The notes beneath the pieces are model-generated. The model was not told the DNA's origin. It worked only from the letters and a program-made list of their open reading frames with translations, and made no database searches. From the human T2T-CHM13v2.0 reference genome, Homo sapiens: 64,000 nucleotides of DNA. Positions 43,076 through 57,720 of the stretch are shown piece by piece. Both the position numbers and the translations under genes were made by a program. Within the stretch, counting starts at the first letter, position 1; every line of letters starts with the position of its first letter. The stretch is from the NCBI RefSeq assembly GCF_009914755.1, contig NC_060934.1; one strand, written 5' to 3'.

Positions 43076-46000
43076 TCACTGGCCAGGCCATAGAGCATCA
43101 ATTGGGATTCTTGATCAAGGAAATGGCCTAGTAAAGGGAACCTATACTGTTCCCCTGCAGTATGGGGTAAGAAGTGAGGCCTTGGGTCCCCTGTCCCTAT
43201 TCTATTCTGTAGACCACTTTAGAAAGCTACAGTCAAGGCTAATGACAGACAGGACAAATTTAACCTGGCCAGGGCCTCAGGAGATTCTGAGCCAACCAGG
43301 GGCCTTAAAGGGGCAGACTGGAATTTGAGCCCCCTCAAACTGACCACAGCCCCCTTAGCTGTCTCCCAACCCTCACTCCCTACCATTAGCCTGCTGGCTG
43401 AAATGCAGGGGTCCCTGTGCCAGAAGGCCCAGGCTAGGCAGGAGGCCGAGAGGCACAGGTGGTTCTCAGAGGAGATCCCTGGGCTCCAGAAAGCATTTCC
43501 CCCACAGGAGCAACAAAGCCGGGGCTTGTTGCTGGTCAAGGCGCCTTTGCTTGCTTGGGCTGGGGCCCAGACTGTGAGGCAGCCGGGAAGGCCAGGGGAC
43601 GCAGAGCTGGGAGGGGCAGCGGCCAGCCCTTTTGGCACCAGCTTCCTTCTTCCCTGGGTTTCTCACTTTGTTCAGCACAGTAACCCAAAGGAGGCTGGAG
43701 AGAGCACTTTTCACTACCCAGCAAATAAAGCCACAGGGAGAGGGAGAAGGATGAAAGGTTTGGGGGTTTTACATTTTGGTTTTGGGGTATTTAGTTGGTT
43801 TGAAAAAATAATCCAATTAATTTCAAACCCAGGACTTAGATCATAAATAGCCTACAGTGATCCCACAGCTTCTAATACCCATTATTCCTCTTCTGAGATT
43901 TAAAGTCCCAGTGGAGCCGGAGTTGGTCTCAAGAGGCTGGAGGGAGGTTTTCTATCGCCTGGCGGGGTGGGTGGTGGTGGTTAGGAATGGGGTGCAAGCA
44001 TGGCTTCAGTCAGCGATACCACAAAACTCTAGGACCTCAAGTTCCCCAAGTCTTCACACACCCATGCAGTACTGCTAGTCATGTGTATGTCTGGCTTTCC
44101 CAATGGAGGCTGCCAGAACCCACTTATTCTCAAGAATCATGTTTTCTGGGTCCCAGGCCTGGGCAGGGATGCCTACAATGTGAGGAGATTCCAATGGTGA
44201 CCTTAATTTATCTGTTCCTCTCATTAGTTCTAGGGAATGGATCTCTCACCCACAGGTCGTTCTGCCCCCATCAGCTCTTTTCCACCAGGCCTCAGAGTGC
44301 TGACCCTGTACCTTCCTTGGGTGACTACCACCTTAGAGAGATGAGGGGAGGAACTACTTGCTGGGTAGTTCTTTGAAGTAGGAGAGTTTTACACATAGGC
44401 ACTTAAGGAGTTGCTAAAGCCTGGGAATCCCTTCCCTAGGCAGCTGCCTGCCCATCCCATCCAACCTCAAGTGTAGTTCCACCCACTCACACCACACCAA
44501 CACTTGCTTTGGAATCGATTTTTTTTCCCCCAATGGCATGTTTTTGTCTTGCATTTCTGAAATCCCAAACTGTAAAACCATGAAGATTTTTCTCTTTGGA
44601 AAAATAGTAGGACACCAAAAAATGACCAAAAAGTCATTTCATTGGAAGCTTCCTTTCTTTCCCACTAAGCCACTTGGGATGGGATACAAACCTTTCAGAA
44701 GAATGATAAGAAAGGTCACAAATTTGCAAATACACTTGACAGTGGTATATATTCCTGATTTAATGGCTGGGTGACCCATCTTACTTCAGGCTTTCATTTC
44801 TCCACAGTACCTGTGCCAGGTGCTAGACAACTGCTAGCTGCTGACTTGAGGTACCTGCAAGTCCAGTTACTAGAGAAAACCAACTTCCCATCCCACCCCC
44901 AATATTCTGCTATCCCTCTGTGGAAAAGCCAAAGAGCTTAGACCCTGATGATAACTTGCTCGGAATCTGCAGGGAGGGAGATAAAAATGAGCTGCCTCCT
45001 ATAGGTGCTCAGTGAGTTCATAAATCACAGGTCACCCAATCACCAGGGAGGTCCCTGTCCACTAGGCAAAGGGATTAGGCCTCCATTAGGGATGAGGTCT
45101 ACCAACCAGAAGAAGATATCCTGCGATTTGGGTTTTTTTGTTTGTTTGTTTTTTCCTGTTTTTATCCTGTATATTTAAAGTCCTAGGTACCTCAGGAAGG
45201 TTGGACTAAGCATAGACTTGTAGTGAAAGCAAAGGACAGGTTGGGAGGAAGAAAGCAAAAATTCTGGGCCTTTGATGAAGTCACAACAAGCATTGATTTG
45301 AGATGATTGAGATTTTCTACCCCCTGCTCTTGGGTATAAACTCTCCCATCACAAAACAGTATCTTTTCTCAGCTTTCCTGAGAACACTAAATACCAGATG
45401 ATTTGATTGACTAGACAGAACTTAGGTAAGTCACTTCCTTGAGCAAGCACCCTGGATCAGAGTTTTCTGGGGACTGATTTTACTTTGAACATGAGCTCCG
45501 GGGCTGCAGCAGTGGCAACAAGAAAAGGAGTCAGAACTGTACAGCCAAGTTCATTATCTCAGTCGATAATCTTTCATGGACAGAACCAGCGCCTTGCCTG
45601 GACAGAAGTTAATGTGCATCCAACCAGGCCCAATTAAGGCCACACTCACCCCAGCCTTTCCCCGGCCCATGAGGAGAAGATCCTGTGTATGCTGGAAAAC
45701 AAGTTTTGTCAGACCTTTACCCTGTGTCTGCATTCCACCATTTTACCCTTTTAATACAAAAGTTAAAATAGTCAAATATCAGATCTCCCAGAAAGTCAGG
45801 TTTTCTGATCAGTATTGTTCCTGTCATTCCCAATTCCTCAATCTTAGTCTGAGAAGGGAGGTTCCCATCCCCACCAGAGCTTTTCCCACCTCCTTTTTAT
45901 CATCAAGGAATGAGGCTTCTAAGTGCCCTCTCACTAGTCCATCTCTCCCTCTCCTCTACCATGCTCCAAACTCTGCTTTAAATCCCTGGGTGCTCCACAA

Positions 46001-48879
46001 AGTTACCAAGAGCAATTCCTGCTTCTTCCTCCACCATAAATACAATTATATTTTTAAAGGAAAAAAGGCAGCCCAGGGAATCCCCAAAGAGGCTGCTGTA
46101 CTCTTCCTCTTGTAATGAAGCTAATAATGAAGCATGCTGAACTCCAATTAGTAAGAAATGCTCATTTTCTCCAGTTGAACACCCCCTATAGATACATCTA
46201 ATTTGTTTCTATGATTTCATCTCTCTCCTCCATCAAGTTTGCATTTAAAGGTTATGATGTGCCATTGCCCTCCCAGCCAGGCCTTGGCAGGGCAGCCCAG
46301 GGAAGTCACAGTGCTTTCTACAATCCGGGAGCCCCAGCCTAACCATCTCTGACATGCCCCACCCACCATTATCACATCCATACACATAAACTCTGTTTCT
46401 CTCAGGCTTTTTATGAGCTGTCCACAAAATGGAAGAGAAGGAAAGGGAGGAACAACATTTGGAAATATTAAGGAAAAAAAAGAACAGTAAAAGGAAAAAG
46501 GAGGGGTGGGTATTGCTGGGAGTGCCTATTTCCCAATGAAAGAAATGTCCTCTGAAACAGAGTGACCCAAAGCAGAAGCTGCTTCTTACTGATGGGTTCC
46601 TTTGGGATTTAGGCCCCTCAAAGACCTTGGAGCTCCAGCTTCTTTCTCCTTGTCAGGCCTGGCAGTGTGACTGGCGCCAATTCCCAAGACAGTCTGAAGG
46701 ATGCCAACAGCAGCACAGAGGAGCCCCTGTGCTTGGTGAACCTTGGCGGGATGCCTCCCCAGGGCCACCTCATCTCAGCGGCCAGCCTGCATCTCTGCCT
46801 TCCGATCCATATGGAAAGTGAAGACACAGCCCCTTTCTAAAAGCCTGATTCCAGATGATGGCCCCCAGCCCCAGGACCACATGGATGCCAGAGCTACAGC
46901 CTGGCCATGGTTGGGGGCCTGGAGGCCTTCATCCACTGACTTCCTGACTCCAGGTACTCGAAGTTTTGCTCTCCCCAGAAGCAGAGCAGACCACACCCAG
47001 GCTGAGGCTCCCCAGAGTCTCCTTCTCCTTGAGTCATGCATAGGCATCTTGTCTCACAGCAAGACTCAGGGTTTGAGATAAGGTACCCACCCAGAACCCA
47101 TCCCCAAGCTCCTGGCACAAGGCTATACTGCAGCAAGGTGAGTGGTAAAGACAGAAGACAGCCTGCTCATTGGTCCTTGGTGGCTCTACCTGTGACCATG
47201 TCCAGTTCTCCTCACTGGGGAAAATGCCTCCACTTAGGCCCTAGTTCCTAGGGACATTCCCCTTCAACTGCCTGAGATGAGCATTTGTGATTTCCTGAAG
47301 CTTCCCCAGACACTCTGCCTCTTTTCTGTCTGGTCTCTATTCTCTCCTGTCCCTTAATGATTGCAGAGTAGTCTCTGCAGCTGACCTGTGCTCTAGCACC
47401 CCTCCTGCCTGCCCCCACCTCCCTCAGAGCCCTGCAAGCAAGGCCCTGCTTTGGCTCCCTGAGGCTCACAATCTGTGCTCCTGCCAGACCCAGTCACAAG
47501 GGGGGTTTAACTCACTTCAAGCTGGCAGCCCTATGGGGTAGAACTAACCGCCCCCCTCAAGGGGTGGTGGGGTGCCAAGCAAGTGTGTGCTCGAGCATCC
47601 CAAGGTGCTCTTGTTTTCTAGGCACCCCACAGTGGTCTGTGACAGACACATGGATGGGGGAATCCTTTGCCAGCCAGAGTTGGCATCTCATCCTACCTCT
47701 CAAATCTGCCACCAGCCTCTAGGGCCGAAGACCCTCCAAGAAGAAAAAGCCCTGCAAGACAAAGACTTGAGGCCCCCCAGCCTGGCCTCCCAGCCCAACA
47801 CAGGCCCGCATTAAAATCAACACTCCGTGAACACACAAAACTGACAGGGCAGAGGGGGAGCACACATCGGATACAAAGATCGGGCTCTCGAGAGACGCGG
47901 CCTGTTGGTCTCCCATGTTAGCTCCAAGTGACTAAGCGCAGGGTGGGAAATAACGCCACTATGCCGGCAAATCTCCCGCCTGGGCCCTGAGTTCGGCAGC
48001 CTTTTCACGGGGAAGATGCCTCTGCCTGGAAAAAAAATGCAAGCATTGTGTGGGGACCATTAATGCATGCGCCTCTGCACATTCCTTCGAGAAACAGGAG
48101 CACACCAGTCTCTGAGCCCCCAGCTCTGTCCCCCAGGGATTGTACAGGCCTGGAACACACTGCACATGCCACCTGGTCCTTCCCCCCAGGCCCCAGCTCT
48201 GTGAGCGGTGGGAAGGGGCCCGCCAAACACCCTGGCTTCATTGTGCCCCAGAAAGAGGGGACTAATTACTCGCCTACACTCTGGAGCGCCCAGAGAGAAA
48301 ACAGAGGCCAGTGGGGTGGAGAGGGTGGGAAATGGGTGGGGGGTGAAAGAAGGGAGAGAAAGCCACAGGATACATTTCAAAGTTTCTCTAGCAATTTGGG
48401 GGTGGGAAAAGAAAGCCTGGTCCTGACGTGAAATCATACAGAGGTCAGGGCTGGGTCTCCCACCGTTGTGAGAAAGTGGTGAATCAGGGACGGTTTATCA
48501 AACAATCATTTTTTTCTTTTGAAACCAGGAGGCAGCAGCTTGGACAATTCTGCAGATGTGCTTGATGAGTTAGGGACAAAAATGGCCCTTCTCTGCCCCC
48601 CTCCTTCCCTCCCTCTATAAGGGCTCCCATCGGGGGTTGCTTCTCCCTCCACTGCCTCCCGGGCCCTCCCCTCCCTTCTTCAGTGGTCAGCTGAGACCCC
48701 CACCCACTGCTTGCTTTTGTACTCTTGGCCTTTGGACATACTGACAGGGGCCTTTATGAGACCCCAATCAAGACCCCCATGTCACAGGTACCTAGTAGAG
48801 ACACCAGACCTTTTCAAACAAGGGACAACAAGGAAAATCGGCTGGCCCATTGTCTCTCCTCTGTGCTAAGTGAGATGAA

Positions 48880-49075
48880 AGGGGGCCGCGGCCCTCTCCC
48901 TGCAGCCCGCCTGCCAATCACCTCTAGTTATTAAGGTCACAATGTGTAAATTCTTTTGACCTGCACCTAATCAAAGATTCACCGGCCCTTTCAAATCCGA
49001 ATGGGGAGGAGGGGAGAGATTCCCTCCCATAAACCCAGCAAACTCTCCCTCAATAAAATTTCTCTCTCTGATTCC
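48880..49075. promoter_or_regulatory. Candidate enhancer (WNT/HOX/SP motifs)
   Basis: CCAATCA, AAGGTCA and TGACCT, ATCAAAG, GGGGAGG, CCATAAA, CAATAAAA in under 200 bp. Confidence 0.5.
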
Positions 49076-49899
49076 TTCTTTGCTTCCCATCTCCACCCCC
49101 TCGCTTCTCCTCACTCCGCCCTCCTCACCACCAGCTTCAAACACAAATGACAAGCCCTGTGGAATTACTACCCCCAAAATCCGAGGACTTGAAAGTTTTT
49201 AGTTATATCTCTTTAAAAAAAAAAAAGTTTTCAGACAGCCATAGCTGCCCAAGCAAGCCCTGAACCTGAGCAGCTCCTATGGCTCTGATGCTAAACCACT
49301 CCAAATGGCAACATCCGTGGTCAGTAGCTTTTTTCTTGATTCTAAATCAGTCTCTCTTGCTTCGCCCTGGATACCAGTACACATGGAGGAACAACTGGGA
49401 TCCACGATATTCCCTCACTTTGTCACTTACCATCTCTAGCTCAGTTGCTGACCCTCCAAATCCCACTGCCTGGTTTTGTGAGCTGAGGGGGGAAAAATTA
49501 CCAAGCCCAAAGTAGGCAACCCTCAAGAAGAAAAAAATAATAATAACGACAGGGTAGAACAATAGAAAACACAACAAGAGCCAGAGGAAAGAACTAGAAA
49601 AAAAAGGCAAATTTATTATAGTTTGAAAACAAAATGCTAAAATCAAGCAAGGAAAAGAAAATGCTTATAAATCTCCATGCATCAACATTAGGGGTATACA
49701 TTTTTACCTTATTGGTGGTATCTATCAATCAGAATAGGGAAAAGGCATAATAAGCAAGGCAGAGATAAATTCATTTATGTAAGTTGCCCCCGAATTACTC
49801 ATTTGTCCACCATCTACTCTGGCTGGCTGATCTACTCTTCTCCAGGCTCCTAGTTTTCCTCCTGCCTCTGATTGGACATGTTGGCTCTTTGTTTCTCCT

Positions 49900-50815
49900 T
49901 GCTCCACTGTCTTTATTTCTGAATTGTCCTTTGGTGCTAATCCCTCACATTATTTCAACTGTTGTCCCTATGCTGAGGCCTTCTACATCTCAACCCCACG
50001 TGTGAGTTCCAGGCAACCATTCCTGGGCTGTCTCTGGCCATTGCCACCTGACTGTCCCATAAAACAAAATTCAGTCTTCTCAAACCCAGTGCCTCCTCCA
50101 TCATCAGGCTCACAGAGGTACTCGTCTCTTCCCTCTCTCCCTGACGTGCAGTCATGTCTGACTACTGATTTTTTCCTACATAGTTTTCCTGAATGAAAGT
50201 TGTCTTCCCACTGTCCCTACGAGTCTGGTCCCTTCCTGCTAACAAAGTGTATTCCTGGAAAAGAACAGCCTGTCTCTCTCCTCCAAAGAATCCTATATGC
50301 TGTAGCACAACATAAACCATTTAACTGCTTCAATCTGGCCCAAAACGGTCCAAAGTTCCCTATTTTCCTCAAGTTAAAGTCAAACTCTGCTCTTCAACAC
50401 CCTCCAAAACTAGACTCCAAATTTCCCCTCCAGCGAGCCAGACTTGTCCACTCTGAACTCCCAAACCTACCTTTAGCTTCCCCATCTCTTTGTATGCCTT
50501 TGCTCAGACCAGTCCCCTTGCTTGAAGTTCCCTTATGCAATTTCAATACAGGCATCATGTAAGTCCCACTTCAACTTCCATGTCATCCATGAAGCTCTTC
50601 TGACTTAATAACAAGGCTACAGCTTTCCTCTGATTTCCTGTCAATAACCCCAGTAGTTGCTAGCACTTACACTGCATATATAACCAAATAAATTATCGTT
50701 TCAGTACATGCATTGTTTCCGCAATTGCACTATAAGCTCCTACACGGTAAAAACAAACAGTCTCTTGTGTTTCATACTTCCCATGTGATCTTGCACACAG
50801 CAGCATTCAATACAT
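49900..50815 (+). mobile_element. Highly decayed L2 fragment(s)
   Basis: CT-rich sequence with L2-like motifs (ccctatgctga...tctacatctcaacc; ctataagctcc...gcacacagcagcattcaata). Confidence 0.5.
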
Positions 50816-50834
50816 CCATAAGACAGGCACTCGG

Positions 50835-51149
<315 letters not shown>

Positions 51150-51814
51150 TTATCCTTTTAAAAAATTCTAGTATGTTTACTTATTTCTTTCCCCAAAAAA
51201 GGTCCCAAGCATGAAACCATGTTTAATGATACAAAAGCAAATGTAAGGGAAGATCTTCTGAAAGTGTTAGAAATGTTCTCAAATGGAATTGTGGTGATAG
51301 TTGCACAACTTTATAAATTTTCTAAAAATCATGGAATTGTACACTTAAATTGTACATTTTAAATGGGTAAATTTTATGATATATAAATTCTACTTCAATA
51401 AGGCTATTTAAAAATAGAAAGTAAATGTAGGTCTATATATCCTTAATTTTAAAAATTATGTAAGAAAAAAAGGGAGTATTCTCTCCATAGCTGCCTGATA
51501 TTAAAATAGACATTTAAATGTAATTTCTTTTTTCTAATTATAAAATAGGACCATTATAAAAAATTTAAATACATTAAAAGTAAAAAGTAAGTAAATATCA
51601 ACAGAAATCCACCATATAAGAAAAAACCCTGAAGAGATATTTAAATAAACTGTCATACTATTTTCTGACCTTTTTTCATTCCACAATCTGCTATGACATC
51701 TTTTGGGTCCATAAATGTACATCTGTGTCATCCTTTTAATGGCTACATAGCATTTTATTGAGGGAACATAGTATAAAATATTTTATCAGAACCCTACTCA
51801 TGGATATTTATGGT

Positions 51815-52145
<331 letters not shown>

Positions 52146-54344
52146 TAAGTCTTTGTACATATATCTTGCAGAATTGTCTGGTTATTGCCTTACAATGAAT
52201 TCCTAGAAGTGGAATTTCTGTGTCAAAAGGTTTTCATGTTTTAATTTTGATACTCATTGACAACCTAATGCAATTTAAAAACTCTAACTTTTCCTCTTTT
52301 TAATCTTGAACTCATCCTTATCAGCCTGCAAAGAAGGATTTTCCGGACCAAAGACTTCTAACAACTGGAAGAATCCTTTGAATAATTTGTGGTTTTTTTT
52401 CCTATTAATTTTTGTAAATTCTCAACCACAGCTCACCCTGGATACTAGTAAGAGTCCAACTGGCAGGGAAAGAACACTTCAAAGGCATTAACACATGTGT
52501 GTCTTCCTCTTTGCCAAATGTTACAAATCTCACCATCATGCCCAGCTGACCCTTCTCTTAGGTCATTTACCATAGGACCCCACCCTAATCACTCACTTGT
52601 TCTCTTCTCATTCAGGCACAGGAGGAAAGACCCAGGTTTCTCTAGGACAGCTAAAGCTGCAGCTGCAACAAGGCGGAAAATAGCAGGAGAAGGAAACACC
52701 CTGCATGAGTCGAGTCCTTGGGAGAAAGAGACAGTGAGTCTCGTGCTCTGGACTGGACCCTCTCCAGCCCGGAAGGGCCATGATGCCGTAAGTCTGGGAT
52801 GAGGAGCATGTGCTAAGCAGTGGCTGATTACATCTGGACAGCATCCTAGTGGGAGACTGCTCCTGAAACTCAAGTTCTGACCAGGCACCACAGCTTGGAC
52901 CCAGGGCAAGAATCAAGCTAATTTCTCTTTCAAAATTCCCCAATCAATGAAGAAGCGAGGAAGGAACACTCATGGTGGGGACAGGCAGAAAGGGTACATT
53001 TCACTTTACCTCACACATCTCAGCTTTTTCTTCAGCCAATGCATGTCACCTGCGCACTGAAACCCCACACAAAGGAAGCGAAGAAGCCCCCACAGTTCCA
53101 TAGTATTCTCTACTACTTGGGTATATTTACACTGGAAAAGCTCACCCTCCACACTGCCTTTTGGCCTGTTTTTGTGTCTTCTTGTCTAGCTCAGCAGCTA
53201 GAAAGAAACCAGTCTGAAGCTTCTCACCTGATCACTTGCTATGCCAACATAATCAAAGTGGTGGTCACCCCATGCTTATCCTATTGGCCAGTATCCCCAA
53301 AGCATCCAGAGGCAACACAGACATAAGTGTCTCCAGCCTGGAACCAGAAAGTCACACCTCTCTAGAGGTGTGGGAAATCGAGAGAGGAAAAAGGCCTGGT
53401 GGCCTCACATTCTACTTCATCAAGCCTACCCGCTGATCTTAAGAGAGAACACATAAATGAGCCTTGGCTTTAACACCTTCTCAAAGCAGGCAAGCTCCTG
53501 CCTTCAAGAGGCATGTTCTTTAGCCCACATATGGAGGCTCCAGTCCCCAGGACCAATGTGTACATTTTCTAAAGCACACTGACTTTGGATGGGGCTACTG
53601 TTTCCCAGCCTGCTGTGAAAACCAAAATACTATGCCATGACTACCATGGCCATTGTTCTAAAAGCTGGATTATGGCTTTGCTGTGGGAAGGAGCGGAGGA
53701 AGAGGCAGCAGGGCAAGCTAAGCAGGCCCAGAGACGAGCCTAAACACAAGTACATGGAAAACATGGGGGTGGGAAGGTCACAGCAAAACATGCTCTAACA
53801 TTATTTTAATATCCTATAAGGTTGTCTCTTGTTACTTGAAATTCTCTTCTGCAAATTAAGACCCTGCTGAAGATTTTGGATGTTATCACATCCCAACTGG
53901 CACCCCACCTGTCCCCCCTACACTTTTCTGTGCCCATTTATGTTTTCAATTTGCATTGAAAACCATGAAAAGGAAAGCTTCTACAGAAAGCAATTTCCTG
54001 GGCCAGCAGCTCCTGGACTAATATTCCCTTTGCAATTACCATGGCTTCTGCATGCACATAGTCACTTCCCTCCTCCCTCCAATCCTCCCGCCCTTGTCAG
54101 CACCTCAGATAGGCCTGAGCCAAGCCTATATGACAGGATCCCACAGACCATGTTACCCATTACTCCCTGTGGAAAATGTCCTGGCCCAAGAGAGGAGTAA
54201 GAACAAGCTTGGAAATGAGGCAAGGGTCTTGGGTAATCATTTTACTAGGGCACCCCAGAGGCAGAGGGATTTCGTCTGAGGCACACAAGCACATAACTCT
54301 TACATGAGACAAGAAATAAAACGCCTACTTCCAAAAGCTCACTA

Positions 54345-54662
<318 letters not shown>

Positions 54663-55261
54663 TCACTATCTGAAACTTCTAAAGAGTCTTGTTCAAGAAA
54701 CTGCTAGAGAGGCACAGGGATTAGCAGATGTCCAATCCGTAGTCAGAGACCTTTTAGTACTAGTCTGAAGGAAGAGCCAAAAATATTCATTGATCTGCTG
54801 ATGCATGTATTCTTTATCGTCATCATGTGTAAAATTCTAGTCAGCAAAGCAAAATTCAGTATCAACACAACCTTTATGATTCATAGGGTCTCTATAGCCA
54901 GCTTCCCACATCAACAGTATCAACATATTCTACTAGTGTACAACATGGTGCCTATTCTCTTTCTCCATGGTATGAGGAAAATTCCCTAGCTCTTAATCCC
55001 AAGCTTCTAACTGCCAAATGGCACTACCGTAATGATGAAACTCACTAAGACTCACTGATTCAGAGAAACTGTCATGGGCAACAGAATTCCTATTCTTGGG
55101 CCTTAAGCCCATTATCAAGTGGAGCCACGTGTGATTGTCCTGAACTCAGAGAAGAAATATAGCTGGCACCATGTACTGCCGCTTGGAAGTCCTGGGGACC
55201 AGGACTCTGGTACATAGAAAGGGAGAGGGAGGCCTATTTAAAAATAAAAAAAATGGTTTGA

Positions 55262-55646
<385 letters not shown>

Positions 55647-57339
55647 CTAATTGCAGGAGGATGGAGTGATCCTTCTACCTGTGATATGACCCCCTCCACA
55701 TAAAAACATACATTCTGTTACTAATCCAGCCACAACCTCATTATTGCCTTTTTTACTCATTCTCATTAGAAACCCCTACCCAGCCCCTAGTCTACTTACA
55801 AGAGTAAGCTCCATTGGCTCAAAAAACTAAAAGCACAGATTTTTCATGAAGATCCCTCTTTTGACTGATCTGAGTGTTACAGCTAACAGGTGGGGAAATC
55901 TTCTTAAATATACGAGTATTATCATGACAAGGCCACTGGAACGGATCAGTGCCATAAGTCAGACAGGGCTACAAGTTTCCGCTCTACCATCAGGTTCCTC
56001 TTTAGCCTTGACAGATCAAACCCCAAGCCGAAGCAGGCTATAGAGATCAGTTCAGTCTCCAAGCCAAAGGTCTTCACAGTGAGGGACCAAAGCAGCCCTG
56101 GCTGGGCCTCTGTCGGCCCGTGTCCCAGATTAATCACCACCAGGAGGGGCCTGGACACCAGCATGCAATCTGAGCCCAAGCAGCACCTGCAGAGGGGTTG
56201 CCCCAGCACCTCCCTCACTCCCCTTCGGCAAGACCCCAGGGCATGAGGGTGTCCACCTGTTCACAAGGTTACCTGGCATAGAAGGGCAAAACACTCAGCC
56301 ATCTTGAACCCTGCAGATAAGTCATGGATGGTTTGAGTGGCTTAGTGGAGGAAGGAGGAAAGATGCAGTGACTCGTGCAGTAAAGTCCAGGCTCCAAGGG
56401 AAAGGAAACTCTCAGCCTCTAAACAGAAAGAGAGAAAGGTCCCAATGCTCCTCTCTTCACTGTCCAGAGAAGAAAGCTACCTAGAGACCAGCGGTGGGAA
56501 AACTAAGCCCTCAGAGGTTATGAAGCAATGAGATGCTTCATGTGTGTCTAGTACACATTCTTGTCATCTACAGATCAACAGGGTGCTGATGGGAAGGAGA
56601 CCAGAGCAGGGATGTCTTTTCAAAACCTCCCCAAATGCTGCCAAATATTTCTGTGTGAAAGGAAGCTCAGAAACCTGAGGTTGTAGTAGACTTTCTTCTG
56701 AATACATAGATCTGGGAGAATAGCTTTATCAAATTCAATCAGTAAGCTATTTCCAACAAGGTACATGCAGAGCTAGTATGTATGGTATGCATACACATAT
56801 CCATGTTAGAATACACTTTTTAGGACCAAAGGACCCTACTGTAATTACAAATTCTCAGATGGTAATCCCATTTATTTTATTACTTCTCCAAGAGTCAGTG
56901 GGGTAGGTGGAAGTATTTGTGAGGCTAAAATATAATAATAATAATCAAAAGGAGGAAGATAAGCATGGAAATCTGTATCTTAGAATAGTCTGTCCCCGGC
57001 CCTAACTTGTAATATAAGGAGAAATCACTTGAATGGACTGCACCCTTTCCTACCTGCCCCATGGCCCAAAGGAAGGAAGGGCGGGAGGGGTCGGAGTCAG
57101 ATTGAAGTGTGTGTCCCTTGAAGAGCTGAGAAAGCACAGGTCAGATAAGAGGAGAAAGAGCTCCTACACAGCACCTTCATTTGAGGAGTAACACCGACAT
57201 CCTGACTATTACATCTTGTACCTCCAAAACTCCAGCTCCAGGAATTCCCTTTGAACCTCCGACTGCAACACAGATTAGGATACAGCAGTGGCTACAATTA
57301 CACACTTGCTTGGGAAGTTGGGTTGGGAGGGGGGGTGGG

Positions 57340-57720
57340 TGCTGCATGTGACAGGCCATGAAAGGTCCCTGCCTATAAAACAGACTGAAAAACAAACCCT
57401 TAATTTAAATGTTAATGAAAGTGCTGTGGAGACATCAGAGGCTTCCCGGCTGCTCAGAGAACAGCTACACCAGCCACAGAATTTATGGCTCCCCTTCACC
57501 CTCCCGCCTCCCTCTCTGCCTCATCACCCACTGAAATTTAAAGACAGAAAAAAAAGAAAACTAATTTTAACATTAACTCCATGCTTCCACTTTGGGATGT
57601 GATTGCTAAATTATCTGTTGGCAGAACGGTGATCAAAGGTGGAAAAACACAGGCACGTTGCACACACAACCCAGAAAAGTCAGCAGCAGCTAAAGCAGGA
57701 AAATTCCCATTTCCCTTCCT
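57340..57720. promoter_or_regulatory. Candidate enhancer
   Basis: TGACAG, TAATTT and TTAATG, TTTATGG, GATCAAAGG, GGAAAATTCCC. Confidence 0.45.

Noticed and set aside
46685-46780. Faint similarity to AmnSINE1 (tctgaaggatg...agcagcacag...gccacct)
   Set aside because: Only about 25 nt resemble a consensus recalled from memory; not supportable without an HMM search.
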